Positions 53,154 through 61,108 of a DNA stretch of 61,108 nt are shown piece after piece. The DNA is from Thermoplasmata archaeon (GTDB lineage: Archaea > Thermoplasmatota > Thermoplasmata > Lutacidiplasmatales > UBA184), in contig JASHPV010000089.1 in NCBI GenBank assembly GCA_030037875.1, positions 1 through 61,108 on the forward strand, in the 5' to 3' direction. The first letter of the stretch is position 1. Every line of letters begins with the position of its first letter. The notes under the pieces were generated by a model, which was not told the origin of the DNA, searched no databases, and saw only the letters and a program-made list of their open reading frames with translations. Made by a program: the position numbers and the translations under genes.

Positions 53154-54122
53154 TTAGAACGTCAGGCTGAAGCCCAGCCCCAGATGATGGAAGATGAGCA
53201 GATAGAGGATAATGTAGCCGGCGATGGCGCCGCCGTCGAGGAATGGGAGTCCGGCCTGCGGGTTGCCCGACCGGGCCCGGCGCATGAGGAGAGCATAGCC
53301 GACCAGCGAGCCCACGATGGCGCCGAGCGCAGTCCAGAGGTTCGCCCCGATCCCGGCTAGGACCGGGTGGCTTGGAAGCCAGATGTACGCGGAAGCGACG
53401 AGGGCTCCCGGGATCACGACGTCGCCGAGCCCCATGAATGTCGCCTCGCGCTCCTCGACCGGCTGCTCTCTCTGGGCGTTAAGGGAGGGAGCTTGCGTGT
53501 AGTCGTAGCCGGCCGAACTGGGCATGACCATCAGGATCGGCAGTCGCATCTCGGTCACGACGTCCGCGAGACTGATCATGTGCTTCGTTCGGTAGACGGC
53601 GATGTAATCGTAGATGGCGAGGGCGATCAGGAGGATGAACACCGGAAGGATGCTGAAGGAGATCCCGAGCAGCGCGATGAGCGCGCCGGCGGCGAGAAAA
53701 CCGGCCGCATCGACCACGTACCACTGCGGTTCGATCCAGAGGGCGAGGAGGATCGTCACCGCGATGGACCCCGCGATGGTGGCCGCGGGGTCGAACAACA
53801 ATCCCGCCTCAGCGGGGGGAATGAAGTGGGTGGCGGGCAGCAGGAGCTCGAGCGTGTAGTACAGCGTCAGGTTGAGAGAGGCCGCGATGGCGACCAAGAG
53901 GACGACCCGGAGCGTGGCCACCCCGCCCTTGCGGCGGGTGAACCAGAGGATGAGAAGCGGCGCCAGCACGATGGCGACGATGATGACGAGTGGCGCTGCG
54001 GGGCTGTTGGGGTTGGACGTCGACGCGAGCCCGGCCGACTTGAACGGCGACGCGAGGGCCAACGCCACCAGCTGGGCGCCCACATAGAGGGCCAGCAGTC
54101 CGAGCGAGCGAAGGTTGCGCAT
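53154..54122 (-). CDS. Presenilin/signal-peptide-peptidase-family intramembrane aspartyl protease (PSH-like)
   Basis: About 9 TM helices. YD motif (LAIYDYIAVY), GxGD motif (FMGLGDVVIPG), PAL-like PFL (GLPFLDGG). Confidence 0.8.
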   Translation of the reverse strand: MRNLRSLGLLALYVGAQLVALALASPFKSAGLASTSNPNSPAAPLVIIVAIVLAPLLILWFTRRKGGVATLRVVLLVAIAASLNLTLYYTLELLLPATHFIPPAEAGLLFDPAATIAGSIAVTILLALWIEPQWYVVDAAGFLAAGALIALLGISFSILPVFILLIALAIYDYIAVYRTKHMISLADVVTEMRLPILMVMPSSAGYDYTQAPSLNAQREQPVEEREATFMGLGDVVIPGALVASAYIWLPSHPVLAGIGANLWTALGAIVGSLVGYALLMRRARSGNPQAGLPFLDGGAIAGYIILYLLIFHHLGLGFSLTF

Positions 54123-54131
54123 GCCGGCGGG

Positions 54132-54749
54132 TTAGGGCTGCACGATGGCGTAGGCGTTGTTCCCGAGCACCTTCGTGATCTTGGCGTTGACCGTCGCCCC
54201 ACGGGTCGTGGCACCTGTCACGAAAACGACGAACCCTTCCTTCCGGGCGACGCCGTCGCCCCGTCGGCCGATGTCCTCGATCGTGAGCCGGTACACCTCT
54301 CCGGCGATGACGGGGGCCTTTGGTTTGACGACCTCGACGACCCGGCGAACGGTGACCGGTCGTTGAGCGCCGCACGCCTCGCAGACCAGGAGGGTGAATT
54401 TTCCCTCCTTGACGAGGTGGGTGTCCGGTCGCTTGCACTCGGAGCAGATCACGTATTTCTCGGTGTACTCCCGGATGCGCTGGGCGATGGCCTCCTTCGG
54501 GATGCGGGACTTGAGAACGCCCCGGGGCAGGTCGAGTACACCCGGGCAGCCGAACTCTCGGGCGAGGTAGCCGATCAGGTGGGCCGGTTCGCGGCGCAGG
54601 ACGCTCGCGATCTCCTGGAGATTCCGGATGACCGTGTTCTTCCCATCGGTCATCACGTCGGGTTCGGGCACCTGGAATCGTTCCCCGCTGGTCCGGACCT
54701 CGGGCAACTGGGACCGGGCCCGGTCGAGGAGTTTCTGGTAGGCTTCCAT
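54132..54749 (-). CDS. Translation initiation factor aIF2 beta subunit with C-terminal TRAM domain
   Basis: ATG 54749 gives MEAYQKLLDRA. Zinc ribbon CSECKRPDT...CEACGA. C-terminal GEVYRLTIEDIGRRGDGVARKEGFVVFVTGA..GATVNAKITKV is TRAM-like. Confidence 0.85.
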   Translation of the reverse strand: MEAYQKLLDRARSQLPEVRTSGERFQVPEPDVMTDGKNTVIRNLQEIASVLRREPAHLIGYLAREFGCPGVLDLPRGVLKSRIPKEAIAQRIREYTEKYVICSECKRPDTHLVKEGKFTLLVCEACGAQRPVTVRRVVEVVKPKAPVIAGEVYRLTIEDIGRRGDGVARKEGFVVFVTGATTRGATVNAKITKVLGNNAYAIVQP

Positions 54750-54783
54750 TCCGCCGATTGAAGGCCGAGCGGCGCTCAAAAGC

Positions 54784-55467
54784 CTATGGGCCAGCCCGAG
54801 GGCTCTTCGAGGCCCGGGGGCCCTCCTCGGTGAGGGGGCCGATGACTCGGCGCAGGTCCTTCTCCGTCACGATGTGGGTAGCCCGACGCCGGACGTGCTC
54901 GTCCTCCGGGAGGAACGCCACCGCGATCCGCGACCGCTCGAACATCGCCACATCGATCTGGGAGTTCCCCACGGCGGCGCATTCACTGACCGAGAGGCCG
55001 AACTCTCGCTGGAGCCCGGCCACCACATCCCCCTTTCGTTTGATCGGGACGCGGATAATGCCCTCGTCCGTCAGCCGGCCGTGGCCGTCGAGCACGAAGC
55101 CGTTCGCCAGTACTCGGTCGATGCCGAGTTCCCGGCCGATCCGCTGGGCGATGACATCGAGACCCCCGCTGACGATCGCCGTACGGATCCCACGCGTGTG
55201 AAGCGCATCGAACAGCTCGTGGGCGCCCGGCATGAGGGGCACCGAGGCCAGGATGGACACGAGGTCATCTTCTGTGATGTGCGGCCGGTGACGTCGCCAG
55301 AGTTCGAGGTCCCGGCGCATGAACTCCTGGTCGTCGATGCGGTCGTCGAGAAAGAGCTGGAGGGCCTCGGTGTTCTTCTCTCCGAAGAACCGGTGGACCT
55401 CGGCCCATGAGCTCGACACGTCGAGCAGGGTGCCATCCATATCGAAGGCGACGAAGCTAACCGTCAT
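54784..55467 (-). CDS. HAD-superfamily phosphatase (phosphoserine-phosphatase-like)
   Basis: ATG 55467 gives MTVSFVAFDMDGTLLD (motif I). IVSGG (motif II). KGD..VGNSQIDVAMF (motifs III/IV). The longer track ORF overlaps the upstream gene. Confidence 0.75.
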   Translation of the reverse strand: MTVSFVAFDMDGTLLDVSSSWAEVHRFFGEKNTEALQLFLDDRIDDQEFMRRDLELWRRHRPHITEDDLVSILASVPLMPGAHELFDALHTRGIRTAIVSGGLDVIAQRIGRELGIDRVLANGFVLDGHGRLTDEGIIRVPIKRKGDVVAGLQREFGLSVSECAAVGNSQIDVAMFERSRIAVAFLPEDEHVRRRATHIVTEKDLRRVIGPLTEEGPRASKSPRAGP

Positions 55468-56455
55468 GGCCCAGAGCGATCGCATCGGCCCGAGCCAACA
55501 CCGCCGCCGTGGGTCGAGCCGCCCAGGCGGCGAGGACCTCATCCACCTGAGCCGGCTGGCTCGCGCCGAAGAGCGGTGCTATGCCTCGCTCCGACAGCCA
55601 GTGCAGCGCGAGCGAGGCCATCGGCACTCCCGCCTCCTCGGCAAGGGTGTGGAGTCGGCGGGCCCTCGCCTGCATCTCGGGGAGCTGCTCGCGGAGTCCT
55701 GTGCTTCGAGCCGGCCCCACGGGGATGGATCCCGATAGGTACCGTCCCGCCAGCAGGCCGCGGGCCAGGGGGGTGTACGCCTCGATGAGGATCCCCTCCT
55801 GCCGACAATAGGGCAATACCTCGTCGCCGTCGGCCCGCTCGAACAGGTTGTACAGTACTTGGTTCACGACCACGTCGGTCTCCCGGAGCGCAGCGCGGGC
55901 CTCGACCAGCTGCGCGGCAGAGAAGTTGCTGACCCCGATGGCGCCGATCTTTCCCTCCTTCCAGAGCGCTTCGAGTGCTGACATCGTCTCGGCGATCGGA
56001 ACCCGGGGGTCCGGGGAATGGACCAGGTAGAGGTCGACCTTCGAGCGGCCCAGCCGTTGCAGGCTACCCAGGAGAGCGGGCCGGACCTGGACCGGCCGAA
56101 GGTGCTCCCAGGAAAGTTTCGTGACGATCAGGGCCTCGGCCGCGGCCGGCCCCGCCCGGTAGAACACGTCACCGAGGATGCGTTCCGATCGGCCCGCTCC
56201 ATAGACCTCCGCGGTATCGAACCACCGGATCCCACGTTCGAGCGCGTGGCCGAGCGTGGCCTTCGTCCGCGCTTCGTCTTCCGGCCGCCAGCGACCGAGG
56301 GCCCACAGTCCCAGACCGAGCGGTGGGTGAATTTTGCCAGTCTTCCCCAGGGGGAAGCCGGGTCCCACCTCGGAGACCGGGCGAGCGACCGACGTCGTCC
56401 GCCGTCGGGTGCCCGCCTTCCGGGCCGGTTGGGAGGGCGCCTTCTTTTTCGTCAT
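55457..56455 (-). CDS. Aldo/keto reductase
   Basis: GLGLWALG, FDTAEVYG, LYLVHSPD and IGVSNF motifs. The ATGA start/stop overlap with valS at 56452-56455. Confidence 0.9.
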   Translation of the reverse strand: MTKKKAPSQPARKAGTRRRTTSVARPVSEVGPGFPLGKTGKIHPPLGLGLWALGRWRPEDEARTKATLGHALERGIRWFDTAEVYGAGRSERILGDVFYRAGPAAAEALIVTKLSWEHLRPVQVRPALLGSLQRLGRSKVDLYLVHSPDPRVPIAETMSALEALWKEGKIGAIGVSNFSAAQLVEARAALRETDVVVNQVLYNLFERADGDEVLPYCRQEGILIEAYTPLARGLLAGRYLSGSIPVGPARSTGLREQLPEMQARARRLHTLAEEAGVPMASLALHWLSERGIAPLFGASQPAQVDEVLAAWAARPTAAVLARADAIALGHDG

Positions 56456-59136
56456 CCGGTTCCGGTCGGGGTGTCCGCGGCGAGGTGCTCGTCGATTCGC
56501 CGGACCCGCTCGGCCAGGTCCTGGGCCTTCTCTTCTGCCGCTTTGAGGACTTCGGGAGGGGCCCGGTCGCGGAATCCGGTGTCGGCGAGACGTTGTTCGG
56601 TCTTGGCGAGCAGCCCGGAGAGCTTCGCGCGCTCCCGCTCGAGCGCCCGGCGCTCTGCTGGAGTGGTTTCGGTGGGCAGGGCCAGGAAGAACTCCCCGTG
56701 CACCGTCACGCTGGGCGCAGTGCCGGCCGGGGGAGGGGCGCCGGCCTCGAGGAAGTCCAACGCTCCCACGCGAGCCTGCTGAAGAACGAGAGCCTTCTGG
56801 GCGCGGAGGACCTCGGCGGTTTCCTCTCCGGACGGACGGACCCAGGCGGGCGGAGATGAAGAGGGAGCGAGCCGATTCCCGGCGCGGAGACTGCGGAGAG
56901 TCCGGATCGCGTCATAGACCACCTCCATGGCGACGATCGCCTCGGGGTCGTCGGGGGCCTCGTTGGACCGGGGCCACGGCGCGAGCGCCAGCAGGGTTCC
57001 TCGGTGGGGGATCGCGTGCCAGAGCTCCTCGGTGACGTGCGGTACGATCGGATGGAGGAGGCGCAGGGTACGCTCGAGGGTGAAGAGGAGCACCGCTTGG
57101 GTCTCTCGCCGAAGAGGCTCCCCCCGGTGCCCGGAGAGCGCCTCCTTACTGACCTCCACATACCGGTCCGCCAAGTCGTACCAGATGAACGAGTGGAGGA
57201 GACCGACCGCGCGCGTGACCTCGTAACCGGCCAGGGCCTGCTCGAACTCGTCCACGGTCCGCCGCCATCGAGCCAATATCCACCGATTCTCGAGCGGTGA
57301 GTCCTCCGTCAATATCGGCGCGCGATCGGGCGCGTCGACCCCTTCGGGAAGGTACGCCTGCGCGAAACGCACGAGGTTCCACACCTTCGTCAGGAAGTTT
57401 CGGGCATTGTCCAGCGTCGCCAGGCCAAAGACCCCGTCCTGGTCGACCGGGCTCGGAAACAGCAGAGCGAACCGGAGCGCGTCGGCGCCCCGTTCGTGGA
57501 GAAGCTCGACGGGGTCCGGGGAGTTCCCGAGGTGCTTCGAGAGCTTTCGGCCCTCGAGGTCGCGCAGGATCCCGGTGAAGGAAACGTCCCGGAACGGCGG
57601 ACGACCGAGGAAGTAGTACGATGCCATCATCATCCGGGCGACCCAGAAGAACATGATGTCGCGGCCGGTTTCGAGAAGGTTGGTGGGGAAGTAGTGGGCC
57701 AGGTCCGGCGAATCCTCGGGCCACCCCAGGGTCGCGAACGGCCACAGCCACGAGGAGAACCAGGTGTCGAGCACGTCCGGGTCTGGGGTGAGCGGAGCAT
57801 GTCCGCACTCGGGACACTTCGCGGGCGGTTCTTCGGCCGCCGTCTCATGCCGGCAAGCGGGGCAGTAGTAAACCGGGATGGGGTGCCCCCACACGACCTG
57901 ACGCGAGATGCACCAGTCCTGGACCTTCTCCATCCACCGGTAGAAGGAGAGCTCCCACCGGGCCGGGTAGAGCCGGACCTCACCCGAGCGGACCGCTTCG
58001 ACCACGGCCGGGGTGAGAGGGGCCATTCGAACGAACCACTGGGTCGAGAGGCGGGGCTCGATCACCGCGTTGGATCGCTCGGATCGTCCCACGGCATGGA
58101 TGTAGGGTGTCTCGTGGTCCACGAAGCCGCCGGAGCGGAGTGCCTCGGTGACCCATTTCCGCGCCTCTTCCCGGTCTTGGCCACGGAATTGCTCGGGGAC
58201 CCAATCGGAAGCGAGTCGTCCGTCCGCGTCGATGACGTCCGGGGGCATCGGGAGACCGGGATGCCGCTGGAAGATCTCGTAGTCCAGGAGGTCGTGCCGG
58301 GGAGTGATCTTGAGGGCGCCGTTCCCAAACGTCGGGTCGACGCCGGGGTCCGTGATGACCGGCACCTCCCGATCGACGAGCGGTACCCGGACCTTTCGGT
58401 CGACCGCCGCGGCGTGCCGCGCGTCGTCCGGATGGACCGCGACGGCCACGTCGCCGAAGATCGTTTCCGGTCGCACCGTGGCGACCAGGAGACCGCCCGG
58501 CGATCCGTCGGCCCAGGGATACCGAAGATAGAGCAGCGAGGTCGGCTCCTCGGAGTGCTCGACCTCGAGGTCCGAGACCGCGGTTTGGAGCACCGGATCC
58601 CAGTTCACAAACCGCTCCCCCCGATAGACCAGCCCCGCTTTGTGGAGCGCGACGAACGCTCGTCGCGTGGCCCGCTCGTACGCGGGGTCCATCGTGTATC
58701 GGTACCGACTCCAATCGAGCGAGAAGCCTCCGGCCCGGAGCGCCGCCAGGATCCGTCGTTCGTGGTCGCGCTTCCAGCCCTCGACCTGTGCCAGGACCTG
58801 GTCCCGCGACATGTCCTCCAGCCGGATTCCCTGCTTCGCGAGGTGGGCCCGGACCGCGACCTGCGTCGAAAGTCCGGCGTGGTCGATCCCCGGGAGCCAG
58901 AGGGTGGGGACCCCGGACATCCGGGAGCGGCGCACGAGGAGGTCCGTCACGGTGTTGCCGAGGAAGTGGCCGAGGTGCAGGTCCCCGGTGACGTTCGGAG
59001 GAGGGAGGACGACGGTGAACGCGGGCGTGGGAGGCCGGTCGGGTGCGCGGCCCAGCTCGGCCTGGTCCCAGGCCTCCTGCCATCGCCGCTCGATCGCCCC
59101 GGGCTCGAACCGGGGCGGCAGGGGGGCGGAGGTCAG
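56452..59136 (-). CDS. valS: Valyl-tRNA synthetase (start codon unresolved)
   Basis: PPPNVTGDLHLGH (HIGH), KLSKHLGNS (KMSKS), editing and anticodon-binding regions. The conserved N-terminus LPPRFEPGAIERRWQEAW begins right after the upstream gene's stop. There is no ATG/GTG/TTG there (see finding). Confidence 0.9.
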   Translation of the reverse strand: MTSAPLPPRFEPGAIERRWQEAWDQAELGRAPDRPPTPAFTVVLPPPNVTGDLHLGHFLGNTVTDLLVRRSRMSGVPTLWLPGIDHAGLSTQVAVRAHLAKQGIRLEDMSRDQVLAQVEGWKRDHERRILAALRAGGFSLDWSRYRYTMDPAYERATRRAFVALHKAGLVYRGERFVNWDPVLQTAVSDLEVEHSEEPTSLLYLRYPWADGSPGGLLVATVRPETIFGDVAVAVHPDDARHAAAVDRKVRVPLVDREVPVITDPGVDPTFGNGALKITPRHDLLDYEIFQRHPGLPMPPDVIDADGRLASDWVPEQFRGQDREEARKWVTEALRSGGFVDHETPYIHAVGRSERSNAVIEPRLSTQWFVRMAPLTPAVVEAVRSGEVRLYPARWELSFYRWMEKVQDWCISRQVVWGHPIPVYYCPACRHETAAEEPPAKCPECGHAPLTPDPDVLDTWFSSWLWPFATLGWPEDSPDLAHYFPTNLLETGRDIMFFWVARMMMASYYFLGRPPFRDVSFTGILRDLEGRKLSKHLGNSPDPVELLHERGADALRFALLFPSPVDQDGVFGLATLDNARNFLTKVWNLVRFAQAYLPEGVDAPDRAPILTEDSPLENRWILARWRRTVDEFEQALAGYEVTRAVGLLHSFIWYDLADRYVEVSKEALSGHRGEPLRRETQAVLLFTLERTLRLLHPIVPHVTEELWHAIPHRGTLLALAPWPRSNEAPDDPEAIVAMEVVYDAIRTLRSLRAGNRLAPSSSPPAWVRPSGEETAEVLRAQKALVLQQARVGALDFLEAGAPPPAGTAPSVTVHGEFFLALPTETTPAERRALERERAKLSGLLAKTEQRLADTGFRDRAPPEVLKAAEEKAQDLAERVRRIDEHLAADTPTGTG

Positions 59137-60887
59137 CCGCGTCCCCTCCCGGGGAGACCGAGGGCGAAGAGGGAAAAGATCGCGAGCTCGGCGAGGGCGA
59201 CGCCGCCCATGCCGATGAACGACTGGATCGGGGAGACCCCGATGAACTGGAGCACACCAAAGACCAGGATGGGGAAGCCGGCGATGGCGATGCCGGGCAG
59301 CACCACCGTGGTGGCCCACCAGGCTCCCGAGGACATGAGGGAGACCGGTACGCCGGCCTCCTGCGCGCGGCGGAACAAGAGACCGATCTCGAGGAACGCG
59401 GCGGCGACAAGACCGGGCAGCTCCGCGACGATGAACGCGAAGAAGAGCCAGATGTCGAGCAGGCGCAGGACCGTCAGGCTGACGACGATCGCCGATGCGA
59501 CGACGTAGATGAGCACGATCAACGACGATTTTCCGAAGAGCATCGACCGGTTCGTCAACGGAAGCGTCCGGGTGTACGAGTAGCCCATCACTTCGGTCGC
59601 GAAGAACGCCGGACCGAAGAAGGTGGCGAGGATCGCGGTCGTGGAGACGGCGGCGGCGGCCAGGTCGAAAACGCTCTTCGGGGCCGGCGCGCCAATGTAC
59701 GACGAGAGGCCGATGACCACCGCATCGATGAGCGGTAGCAAAATCACGAATGCGTACCCCGGCGTTCGGGAAGCGGTTCGGAGGTCCTTGAGCAGGATGG
59801 CCGCCGGGGCCCGGACCGGGTGGAGCTTCGCCCCCCTTCGTTCGTCGGTCAGCTCGACCTCCGGGCTGAGCCGACTCAGCTCGCGCGGAGCGGTACGCAA
59901 CCACCACGCGACACCCAGCGAGAGCCCCCCGTACCCGAGAGCCGCGAGACCAATGGCCCAGGGGACCCCGCCGGGAAGATAGGAGATCGAGGCGGGCCCG
60001 CCGAGTCCGAAGACCGGGATGAGCCCGAACGGAAAGGGGAACACGAGGAGGAGGCTCCCCAAGGCGGCCGGAGCCGTCCGACCGAGGAAGGAGAGTCCAT
60101 ACATGATCTGGAAGCCGAACGACACGAAACCGTAGATTCCGAAGGCCGGCACCGCCCAGAGGAGAAGGTAGAACCACCGCAGGACCGACGCACGCAGGCC
60201 GCCGCGGGAACCCTGGACGTGCTGGACGAAGAACCGGCCAGTCCGGAGCGAGAGGCCCATGGCCAGGATGATTACGACCACGACGCCGGGTATCACGAGG
60301 AGACCGACCAGCACGGAGTCCAGTGCGATCCCGAGGGCCACGGGGGTGAGCACCAAGGCCGTCACCGCCGGAGCGTCGAAGAGGCGGAGCATGACGAGGA
60401 GGGCCACTCGGTCGAGTTTCTTCTCCGGGATCGGCAGCGTCTCCAGTACCGGCAGGATCTGCGAACCGAGGAAGGTCGGGAGACTCTGCAATCCGACCAT
60501 CCAGAGAAACGAGAGCTCCAACAGGAGAAGTCCGGCGATGACCGTGCCGATGTAGAGGGGAAGCGGTACGGGGTTGGGGACCAAGGAACCCAGGAAGAGC
60601 CTCTCCACGATGCTGGTCAGCGTGAGCATCGACCCGCCGACGAGGAAGACAATCAGGAGGCTCACGAGGAACTTGCTCTGGGCGACCCGTCGCCGGGCCG
60701 TGTTGGCAAGCTCGCCGGGCTCCCGGGGTGCTTCGGCCGCCAGGACGTTTCCCTGCCGGAGTGCGTAGACGGCTTGGAAGCTCAGCTCGAGGTAGGCGAT
60801 CTCCGAGAGACGCAGGGCGCTGGGAGGGGGTGAGGGCGAGCCCGGGAGCTCAGGTTCCGCCGAGGGCCCGGACGGCCGCGTACACAC
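59133..60887 (-). CDS. Large polytopic membrane protein, probable ABC exporter permease partner
   Basis: 584 aa with many hydrophobic helices. GTG start overlapping the upstream ABC ATPase gene by 38 nt. Confidence 0.65.
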   Translation of the reverse strand: MCTRPSGPSAEPELPGSPSPPPSALRLSEIAYLELSFQAVYALRQGNVLAAEAPREPGELANTARRRVAQSKFLVSLLIVFLVGGSMLTLTSIVERLFLGSLVPNPVPLPLYIGTVIAGLLLLELSFLWMVGLQSLPTFLGSQILPVLETLPIPEKKLDRVALLVMLRLFDAPAVTALVLTPVALGIALDSVLVGLLVIPGVVVVIILAMGLSLRTGRFFVQHVQGSRGGLRASVLRWFYLLLWAVPAFGIYGFVSFGFQIMYGLSFLGRTAPAALGSLLLVFPFPFGLIPVFGLGGPASISYLPGGVPWAIGLAALGYGGLSLGVAWWLRTAPRELSRLSPEVELTDERRGAKLHPVRAPAAILLKDLRTASRTPGYAFVILLPLIDAVVIGLSSYIGAPAPKSVFDLAAAAVSTTAILATFFGPAFFATEVMGYSYTRTLPLTNRSMLFGKSSLIVLIYVVASAIVVSLTVLRLLDIWLFFAFIVAELPGLVAAAFLEIGLLFRRAQEAGVPVSLMSSGAWWATTVVLPGIAIAGFPILVFGVLQFIGVSPIQSFIGMGGVALAELAIFSLFALGLPGRGRG

Positions 60888-61108
60888 CCTCCTCTTCGCG
60901 GGTCAGTCGCAGGAAGATTTCCTCCAGCGTCGCGTCGCCTTGCGCGGTCTGACCCCGGAGGGCGTCCATCGTGCCTTCTCCGACCAGACGGCCACGGTCC
61001 AAGATACCCACTCGGTTGCACAGTCGCTCGGCGACCTCCATCGTGTGCGTCGAGAAGAGCACGCCCCGGGGAGCTTGGGCCACATACTGGGTGAGCAACT
61101 CCCTCACC
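60850..61108 (-). CDS. ABC transporter ATP-binding protein (C-terminal part; 5' end beyond window)
   Basis: The frame is open to the window edge. VLFSTHTMEVAERLCNRVGILDRGRLV is the H-loop/D-loop region of an ABC ATPase. Confidence 0.8.
   Translation of the reverse strand, partial: VRELLTQYVAQAPRGVLFSTHTMEVAERLCNRVGILDRGRLVGEGTMDALRGQTAQGDATLEEIFLRLTREEEGVYAAVRALGGT

Noticed and set aside
53367-54761. 464-aa plus-strand ORF opposite the presenilin and aIF2-beta genes
   Set aside because: It is an antisense shadow, extremely Arg/Asp/Gly/Glu-rich. The minus-strand genes have diagnostic motifs.
57496-59508. 670-aa plus-strand ORF and 476-aa alternative minus-frame ORF (57980-59410) inside valS
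   Set aside because: Both overlap the ValRS frame, which carries HIGH/KMSKS motifs. Their compositions are typical out-of-frame GC-rich translations.
59137-60177. N-terminal 347 codons of the 1241-aa track ORF (apparent giant ValRS)
   Set aside because: This part is out-of-frame read-through across the 584-aa membrane-protein gene. It is Arg/Pro/His-rich and has no similarity to ValRS. The true ValRS homology starts near 59136.
1-61108. CRISPR arrays, cas genes, IS elements/transposases, toxin-antitoxin pairs, rRNA genes
   Set aside because: I saw no regularly spaced direct repeats, no recognisable nuclease, transposase or integrase motifs, and no rRNA-like segments while reading both strands.

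Overview
GC-rich window (not computed, visibly above 60% GC) from an archaeal chromosome. The archaeal call rests on aIF2-beta, deoxyhypusine synthase, a presenilin-type GxGD protease, a thermopsin-family surface protein, YVTN propellers, a tRNA without encoded CCA, and TATA-like boxes 24-30 nt upstream of start codons. The lineage is probably Thermoplasmatota-like, which is inference. I call about 50 protein genes, one tRNA-Lys(CUU), one probable pseudogene fragment and a few small repeats or hairpins. Many long ORFs in the track are antisense or out-of-frame shadows typical of GC-rich DNA and were discarded. Layout: (1) 1-21.7 kb is an amine/polyamine-type catabolic island with strong paralogy: 2 aldehyde dehydrogenases, 3 PYROXD2/CrtI-like flavoproteins, 2 class-III aminotransferases, 2 Rieske oxygenase alpha subunits, a saccharopine-dehydrogenase-like protein, 2 amidohydrolases, an MTHFR-like protein and a peptide-type ABC importer without ATPases. 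(2) 21.7-36.9 kb is mixed accessory content: orphan DNA methyltransferase, HAD, a large thermopsin-like surface protein, GNAT, GGT, Kelch/PKD surface protein, ZIP transporter with an HTH/ferritin-like regulator, MFS, ilvE, dps. (3) 36.9-41.8 kb is a tightly coupled four-gene minus-strand operon of proteins I cannot assign to characterised families. This is my best candidate for an undescribed system. (4) 42-50.4 kb holds two ABC-2 exporters, a YVTN propeller fusion protein and several small membrane-anchored secreted proteins that share a novel paralogous domain. (5) 50.6-61.1 kb holds a PstS-like protein, tRNA-Lys, and a co-directional housekeeping array (deoxyhypusine synthase, presenilin homologue, aIF2-beta-TRAM, HAD phosphatase, aldo/keto reductase, ValRS, ABC exporter). 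No CRISPR array, transposase, integrase or rRNA was seen. All family assignments come from motif recognition by eye; no searches were run.
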